NCBI GenBank assembly: GCA_000002445.1
Contig: AL929603.2
Coordinates: 928,001 to 992,000, forward strand
Reading direction: 5' to 3'
Length of the DNA: 64,000 nucleotides
DNA from: Trypanosoma brucei
Lineage: Eukaryota
Shown here: piece after piece, positions 57,102 through 64,000 of the stretch
Numbering within the stretch: position 1 is the stretch's first letter
Layout: each line of letters opens with the position of its first letter
Notes under the pieces: model-generated
Seen by the model: the letters and a program-made list of their open reading frames with translations, nothing else
Database searches by the model: none
Told to the model about the DNA's origin: nothing
Program-made: the position numbers and the translations under genes

Positions 57102-57912
57102 CGCCAATGGCACAATTGCGCCCTGTACGCTTCCACATGAGAAAAATCTTATACACTTTAGTAATGAAGAAATTCGAGCTTTACTTGCGGAGAGGCGCCT
57201 GCAGTATCGAATGCAGCTTTCCGTGATGGTATATAATGAGTTTGGTGATCGCAACATTGGGGCCATCATGCGCAATGCAAATGTGTTCAATTGCGAGGAA
57301 CTTATTGTTCTGAATCGTCGCAAGTTTAACCGGCGGGGTGCCGTTGGTACACATCATGTGCTCACGACGACATTTCACGCTACTTTGCACGACAGGAGTT
57401 GTCAGTCACGTTTGCAGGGTTATGTGTTGTGGCTACTGCATCAATATTATCCATATCTGAAAGTTTATGGTGCATCTCCATCTCCATCTAATGATAATGA
57501 TAATGATAATGATGTTGCCACTTTCCTTCGACACGACAACATTCACTTGCAACGTTGGCTTCGATGTAATGGTTACCAACACAATGAAGCGGGCCCAATC
57601 GCTAATATAACTGCAAGTTTTGGAACTGGTGACCACTGGGTTCATCTTATTGGAAAGGAAGTTTATCTTGACGATGAGAGTTCACTTGTGTCCGCAGTAA
57701 AGTCAGCTGCTGCAGCGGGATATCGCGGCATAATGTTAGTGGTTCCTGAAGAGGGCGCAACATTACCATTAGAATTGGTGAAAGAGTCACAACGCGTAGT
57801 TTTTATTGCACATCCCAATCGACTTGCACGGGATGTGCAGCGTGGACTTAATGGTGCACTCGCGACGGCGGTTGCTCTCGAGCGCCTTCGAACCGCAATC
57901 GATAATATTTAA
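57055..57912 (+). CDS. SpoU/TrmH-like RNA 2'-O-methyltransferase (285 aa ORF; overlaps the preceding ORF by 47 nt in the +1 frame)
   Basis: - Motif 1 'NEFGDRNIGAIMRNANVF'.
- Motif 2-like 'IMLVVPEEGATLP'.
- Motif 3-like 'RGLNGALATAVALERL'.
The true start could be an internal ATG at 57211 or 57223. Confidence 0.55.
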   Translation: MNDLYHFWGHMPLSSDANGTIAPCTLPHEKNLIHFSNEEIRALLAERRLQYRMQLSVMVYNEFGDRNIGAIMRNANVFNCEELIVLNRRKFNRRGAVGTHHVLTTTFHATLHDRSCQSRLQGYVLWLLHQYYPYLKVYGASPSPSNDNDNDNDVATFLRHDNIHLQRWLRCNGYQHNEAGPIANITASFGTGDHWVHLIGKEVYLDDESSLVSAVKSAAAAGYRGIMLVVPEEGATLPLELVKESQRVVFIAHPNRLARDVQRGLNGALATAVALERLRTAIDNI

Positions 57913-58717
57913 GCATTCGGTGCTCTTCCGCCACGAGAAGTCACACGTGTAACATTAACTTGATTGCCCGCTTTTTTTTTACAATTTTGAAAAAAAAATT
58001 AACAAAAAAAAACCCTTTTCTCTCCTCCACTCTTCCCAGTATTTGTGTTCATGATGCGTGTGCCCGTGTGTATATATGTATATATATATGTGTGTGTGTG
58101 TTCAACCTTTGTTGTCATTTATCTTAACTGTTGAATGTCCACCATATAATGGCTTATGCAAGTGCCTCTTCACAGTTTCTTTCTTTTTTCTTATATTTGG
58201 AAGGAGAGAAGAAGGGGAGGGAGGGGGGACAAGGCTTTTTTTAAAAGATTTTTTTAAAAATTTTTATTTTCACAGATGGGGAGGGGAATTTATTAAAGTA
58301 CTGGGGGCGACATTAACTCCCATATGCATTTCGTTTCAGCAGTATGTGAGGGCCTGTTGCTCCCTCTTTCCTGCAATTATCGTCTAACAATAGTAGTTAT
58401 TATAATTATTGTTATTATTATTATCATCATCGTTATTTCTTCTCCTCACCATTTGGCACGTGAGGGAATTTGACATTTTCCATGGGAAGTGTCCTGCATT
58501 TCGTCTCTTCTTTCCTTTTCTTTCCTCACCTCTCTTTTTCTTTTTTATTTTCGAAGCGTAAGTTAACACAAGGTGTATGTTAATAAATTAAAAAAAAAAA
58601 GAGAAAGAAAGAAAGAAGTATCCACCGCAAGTGGCGCTGTCGTATAGGTTTATTTTAGGAGAGAAGTGATTCAGAAATACTTCACACACACCAATTGGAA
58701 TCATTTTATAAGGAATC

Positions 58718-59620
58718 ATGTCGGAACCCGTTGATCAGTTATTAAAAACGTACCTTCAGTCATGTGATTATTCAATTGATTCCTCTTCCAGGAAGAAAGC
58801 ACTTGAAATGTCATGTTTGTGTTGCCATGTTTATGGTGGTGAAGGACATCTTCCTGATGGTTGGCTCGTATGCACTCGTGAAGTTGAGGGACTTAAAAAA
58901 AGGGACGAGAGTTGCGGTTTTCGATCTGAATTGTACACAAATGGTTCCAAATATGTACTCGCCTTTGCGGGAGTTCACGACAACCGAAGCGCTTTTGAAA
59001 GTGCGCTGCAATTAGTTGGAAAATCGGATGCGTACAAGTTAGCAGCGGCAAATGCGGCGTTGGTGGTTTCCGCTTTTGGATTATCAAATGTTTCATTCAC
59101 GGGGCATTCGCTTGGCGGTGGTTTGGCGACTGCAGCTGCTGTTTTTACCGGCGCTCCCGCCATTACCTTCAATCCCGCTTGGCTTTCATCATCCACAAGA
59201 TCCGAGTTGTTAAAATTCCCTTCGGTTGAGGTAATTAATTATGTTATTTTTGCCGAAGCGCTTGATGTGTTCCAACGACATCCGCAACTTCTGAACTCCG
59301 TCCCTGCTGGAGCTTTTTTTGCTGGACTTCTCAGTAACAGCAAAATTCAACAGTTTGGCACATTTAAATATATTTACTGTAAAGTTATACATGACAGGCC
59401 ACATTATATTGATGCTCACCTCATAGAGACAATTATTGAGGAATTACGGAAGGAAAATGGAGAAAAAATTTCAGCTTCCGACCTGGCCGCTTCATCACTC
59501 CATGAAGATGTTATGGGAGGTATGGCACAACTTGTGCAACAAAAGATGTCAGTTATTATGGAAGTTGTTGCGTCTGTCATGTCAAAGCAATTTTCTGCCG
59601 GAGGGTTCGGTTCTTCATGA
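58718..59620 (+). CDS. Alpha/beta-hydrolase, lipase-like protein with GHSLGG nucleophile elbow (300 aa)
   Basis: 'VSFTGHSLGGGLATAAAVFTGAP' is a classic G-H-S-x-G lipase or esterase serine motif. 'AFAGVHDNRSAFES' upstream resembles the preceding strand of the fold. Confidence 0.55.
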   Translation: MSEPVDQLLKTYLQSCDYSIDSSSRKKALEMSCLCCHVYGGEGHLPDGWLVCTREVEGLKKRDESCGFRSELYTNGSKYVLAFAGVHDNRSAFESALQLVGKSDAYKLAAANAALVVSAFGLSNVSFTGHSLGGGLATAAAVFTGAPAITFNPAWLSSSTRSELLKFPSVEVINYVIFAEALDVFQRHPQLLNSVPAGAFFAGLLSNSKIQQFGTFKYIYCKVIHDRPHYIDAHLIETIIEELRKENGEKISASDLAASSLHEDVMGGMAQLVQQKMSVIMEVVASVMSKQFSAGGFGSS

Positions 59621-61770
59621 ACTCATAACGCAAAAAAAAAAAAGAACAATAACAACAACAACAACAACAAAAGAAGTAAAATGAAAAAAAAAAAAGAAAA
59701 AGAAAAAGAAAAGAAAAGAAGAAAAGCCACGGGAGTGTGAAGGAGAAGTAATGGGTCGGGAAAAAGAGAAATGTTGCCGGACACCTGCAGCGCTAAATCA
59801 ATGGAAAGTCCCTTAAATTGTCAATCCGCTTTCTCACAACCTCGTGGCATTTTTTTTTGTTTTTTGTTTTCCGCAATGCGACTTAAAGAGGTGTGTGACG
59901 GCAGAAGGGCCCGTGGGATGAAGTTGTAAGCGTATACATTTGTGTACATAAATATATAAATATGTAAATATGTATTTATATACGTGCATTTCATTCCTGT
60001 CTGTAATATTTGTTTGTGAGGTTGCGGCACATTTCGTTGTATTCGGCGTCCATAACTTTCCAACATTTTTGTTTTTTTTCTCCTCTTTCCAAAAAATGTT
60101 GGTTCCCACTTCCCTCGCATTCCCCCGCTTATTCTTCTGTGCCATTTTTTTTGGAGACTATTTTCCATTCCTATTTATTATTACTAATTATTGTTATTAT
60201 TATCACTATTATTATTATTATTAATTGCCATTTATGTCATTATTACAAAATAACCAATTATTATTATTATTACTATTTTTATTAAAGCTGTTGCACTGCG
60301 GAGGACATTTGATGCCCTTTCGCGTTTGAAGTAATTGCGATGTTGACTGTCTGAATTTCATATATATAAATATATATATATATATTTATTTATTTCTTTC
60401 CTCCCTTCCTCTTTTGTTTATTCCTCTGTTATTTCTGTAGCGAATGTAACGAAGAAGTGATGTTGCCGGCGCCAGTTCATTAAGAGGAGATGTTTCTGTT
60501 CTGTTCTGTTTTTTTTTTTGATTCTCCCACAATTCCACGTTTAACCTTCCAACTGTGTGACTGGTGGTAGAGAAAAATAAAAAATATTTTTTTCTGGTTT
60601 AAACAAAGAAAATCCGCTTCCAATTTGAATTGCGCAAAAACCCTCGTCAAAGCCAGTGATTTCTTGAGATGCGGGAATTCCAAATATATTCGAGCGATGG
60701 AGTCGCGTCAGATGTTGTGTCATAACTTCACAATTAACTCCCAAACACACACGCGCACACAAAAATAAGATAAAAATAAATCAAATAAAAATAAATAATG
60801 GGAAGCGTTGCGGCACACTCCAAATGTGCAGGGACTCATGAAGTGCATTTTGGTTTCGATGCCTTCGCAGTGATATTTTTTTTCTGGCGCATTTTCCTCT
60901 TATTTGTGCGTTACGCAAATGTTAATTTGTGAAATGTCGCACGGGGGAAAAGAGAAAAAAAGAAAACACAAGCAGAGATGGAGCCTCAAAGAAAGCGCTG
61001 TATTTTTTTTTTTTTGTGGTTGCAGCTCCAAAGAAATTAATTGGTGGAGGCGACGCCGGTTAACGATATGTTTTGCAACCGTTGCAGCACTGAGAGTTGT
61101 CGCGGCATCCCAACTTCATAGTTCCCGTACGCGATAAATAAATGAGAAGTTAAGTGTTAACTGCTGAAACAAATAAATGCAAAATTAGTCTTAAAGGCGA
61201 GAATAAAAAAAAAAGGAATGGAGGGAGGGGTGACGGTTGAATTGTTGATGTTTATGGAAAGTACTGCGAGTTGAGGGGTTTAACAATTTATAATAATAAT
61301 TTTCTACTTGCGATAACGAAGTGTCTGCGATCGTCCTGAGGTTTGCAGGCAACCAATAATATTTGTGCCCACATTGAGCTGATGAACAGAAGGTATTACA
61401 CGGCAACCAAAAAATAAGACCAAACAAAATTAAGCCTCTCTCCCCTTTGCCGAACTTGAAAATAAACTAAAAAAATTGTTAACTCAGAGTCCGATAGTGC
61501 GTAGGTATTTCAAGGAGAATGGAAGGAAACGCAAGGGAAGTGTCGATGACGATGATGTTATAGATGAAGAAGGATTTACAATGAGGAAGCAACATACCCT
61601 AATGGGTTTAATGGCTTTTGCAGCAGTTTTGGTTATGTAATTCAATGTTATATTTTATGCTACGGTTCTGTTATTGGTATTGTGCGTTTGTGATACCCAC
61701 TGCTTTTTTGTGTAATGGAGGGGATGTGTTTTTCCTCTTTTATATCTTTTGCCACATGTGATTGTAGGTA

Positions 61771-62757
61771 ATGAAAGTTACGATAGCGGAATTGGTTGTT
61801 TTGTTATTTTCTGTAATTTGTATTGATGGGAAGGAGGACAATGGGTGTACGTTGATAACAGATTATCACGGTGATGCACCTTTAAGTGAGTCCGTATGTT
61901 ATCTCAGTTGTCTTTCGAATGCATTAAATAAATTGTACAGCGAGGGAGAGAGGAGGCTGTTTGTGAATGAGGAAGTGTATGCAAATGCATTTCGTATATT
62001 GGATGATATGGAAGGAAGAGCAGGTGAAAGTGTTAGATATTTGAGTATTATTAGTGTTGCGATGGTAAAGGAAAATAATAGGTTGGAAAAGCTTATATCT
62101 CATGGAAATGCAATGGGAGACCTTGTAGCTAAGGCTGGTGGATTATTTGCTGAGGTTAATGAAAGTGTGAGGGCAGTGAGGAAAGAAATACCTGGTGCCC
62201 TTATAAAAGTGAATAAATATTATACGGCTATTGCTGAGATCACAAGGACTGTGTGGGATGATGTTAAAGCTGTGGAAAGTGGAAAGCACGAATGTAAAGA
62301 TCAAGAGTTTAGAGGTGTTAAAGAGTTTGACGTTACATGTGGAGATAACGCATGTCTGCTGGCACATGGTGTGAGTGAGGGCGCCCTCAAACATTATAAG
62401 AATGGGCTTCTTGAAATAAACGTGATGACAAAGTCCGGTGGGGTGAGCAAATGCCTCAACTTACCACGCAATAACCTGTATAAGAGTGGTGCGGTAAACA
62501 ATTCAAACAAAGTACTGGATTGGCGTGATGATGCTGACACTGTCACTCACTTTCTACTCAAACTGAAAATACGGGACATCTTTAGCACCCTCATCGCACC
62601 TTTTGCTGCTGGACAACCACCTTCTGCACTCTTGGACATGATGGCCAATATCACTTCACTTTACTCCCGTTTCAATGAAGTCCACAGGAGTTTCACTTCG
62701 TTGCTGTTCGACACGAATAGCATTGATAATGTGAAAAGCACTAATTCTACCATCTGA
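61771..62757 (+). CDS. Putative secreted or surface protein with N-terminal signal peptide (328 aa), possibly related to a VSG or surface-glycoprotein N-terminal domain
   Basis: - Hydrophobic N-terminus 'MKVTIAELVVLLFSVICIDG' followed by a Cys-containing, helix-rich sequence with several N-x-S/T sites.
- No C-terminal hydrophobic or GPI-like tail.
- Codon and base composition (AT-rich, G+T-skewed flanks) differ from the neighbouring housekeeping genes. Confidence 0.45.
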   Translation: MKVTIAELVVLLFSVICIDGKEDNGCTLITDYHGDAPLSESVCYLSCLSNALNKLYSEGERRLFVNEEVYANAFRILDDMEGRAGESVRYLSIISVAMVKENNRLEKLISHGNAMGDLVAKAGGLFAEVNESVRAVRKEIPGALIKVNKYYTAIAEITRTVWDDVKAVESGKHECKDQEFRGVKEFDVTCGDNACLLAHGVSEGALKHYKNGLLEINVMTKSGGVSKCLNLPRNNLYKSGAVNNSNKVLDWRDDADTVTHFLLKLKIRDIFSTLIAPFAAGQPPSALLDMMANITSLYSRFNEVHRSFTSLLFDTNSIDNVKSTNSTI

Positions 62758-64000
62758 CAGATATTTTCAGATATTTTCCCTCGTTCTATAATAAAAATAA
62801 CTTTACGCGTGCGTGCTCTCATCCTTTTCAACTGATAATTTCTTTATCTGGAGTGTCCCTGTCTTGGTTATCTTAATTGTGAGTGTTAGTGACTGTGGTT
62901 GTCGCTCCACCATTTGTGTTGTAGGGTAGTGGGGTGTGTTAATTCTTTCTGCATGTGAAGTAAGGAAGAAATATTTGGTTTTGTGCTCACAAGAGTAGTT
63001 TTGTTGCCATTTATTTTTGGTTATGCAAAGAACCTGCGTGCAATGAAGATAAATGAGAATTCATTGAAAGGATGAGCGGTTACGTATGTAATATCCGTTT
63101 TTTTCTACCAGAGTGTCTCTAAGGATGGTGACTGGTGGGTGTGGCAAATGATCTAAATGGAGGTAATAACAGGGAGGGTCACTCGTTATTTTGGAACTGT
63201 TCTATTTTTTGGTGTGTTGGTGGCTAACATAATATCCCATCATGTCACCACATAATCAGCGGTTTCAGTAATGAGCATAATTGTTTGAGACGGTGTTTTG
63301 AGAATGCAACTTTTATCTTTATCATTTTGTGGCTTAAGAAAATGGAAGGGAGGAGGTTGTGCATGTTCACAAAGAGAGGAGCAAAGGCTGTTGTCAATAC
63401 CTGTATGAAAGGAGGAGGATGTGCTAAATGAGGCTCAGTAGCAAAGTTGTGTGCATTGGATAAGGGTAAGACATACATGCAAATTAAGCGCGTAATCTAT
63501 TAGAGAGTAAAGGCATAAAGTAACAACTGAAAGTAATGGGGTCAGAGGAGGGTATGGAAAAACATAGCATGAATGTGCAAGTACTCATTATGGTAGTGGA
63601 AGTGTTCATCTGGAGAGTAGATGAGCTCATTGAGAAACTCAAGAAATCGGTAGCACAACTAAGTTGGGAAAGTGTAATTACCTGGCATGGAGAGTAAGGA
63701 AGTGAATATGTTGGATGAAGAAATTAGGAGAAATGGTGTAACGAAAAGGAGAATACCGCAGTTGTGAGGAAGTCTAACGTTGATATCTAACTTCAGGCAA
63801 GGGAATTCATGTAACTGCGTGTTTCCGACGTGTGTTACGTTGTGTTGGGTGCTGCTGTAATTGGTTTGTGTCAGGCACTTTCAAGATCCGATATTTGGTT
63901 GTATATGTCTGTTGAGTGTGTCTGCCAATATCAGTAATGACTGTAATTATAAGCTTTTGTTTTTTCCTCCTTTTCGGCGGATGAATGTATAGGCAAAATT

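Noticed and set aside
1-64000. Search for tRNA, rRNA, snoRNA, spliced-leader RNA, retrotransposon (ingi/RIME/SLACS) or centromeric 147-bp repeat signatures
   Set aside because: By eye I found no T-loop (GGTTCGAATCC-like) or D-loop pairs, no box C/D or H/ACA arrangements, no reverse-transcriptase or endonuclease ORFs and no long AT-rich satellite. Absence by eye is not proof, so a covariance-model scan would be needed.

Overview
The window reads as a trypanosomatid (kinetoplastid) nuclear locus. All supported genes are on the + strand, consistent with a single polycistronic transcription unit. There are no introns, no bacterial-type promoters or terminators, and intergenic regions are long and pyrimidine-rich. 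The 345-aa PRMT1-type arginine methyltransferase sits next to a tandem array of F-box protein genes ending in a divergent paralog. This arrangement matches what I remember of Trypanosoma brucei chromosome 1, where a CFB1 array is followed by CFB2 and then PRMT1 (Tb927.1.4540-4690). That identification is from memory, not a search.

The dominant feature is a ~17.3 kb tandem array (11018-28334). It holds five near-identical ~3.06-3.13 kb units, each encoding a 530-aa F-box protein (CFB1-like). A sixth, mosaic paralog follows (479 aa, CFB2-like). It shares the upstream region, the F-box and an RRM-like core, and a C-terminal H(N/D)PY motif, but has a unique 3' flank.

Other genes I can support are:
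- a GNAT acetyltransferase
- a TVP38/TMEM64 (DedA) membrane protein
- an 800-aa coiled-coil C3HC4 RING protein
- PRMT1
- a SET+MYND (SMYD-like) methyltransferase
- a FAM91 homolog
- a Vps39/Vam6-family protein
- an ABHD17-like hydrolase with a long C-terminal extension
- two adjacent SpoU/TrmH-like RNA methyltransferase ORFs that overlap out of frame
- a GHSLGG lipase-like hydrolase
- a signal-peptide-bearing Cys-containing protein at the 3' end
- several disordered hypothetical proteins

Two unusually long gene-free, microsatellite-dense intervals (1380-4700 and 28340-34700) flank the array region. I found no convincing tRNA, rRNA, transposon or CRISPR-like structure. No clearly novel multi-gene system is evident. 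The most interesting observations are the array's gene-conversion mosaic, the RRM-like fold in the CFB proteins and the overlapping SpoU pair.
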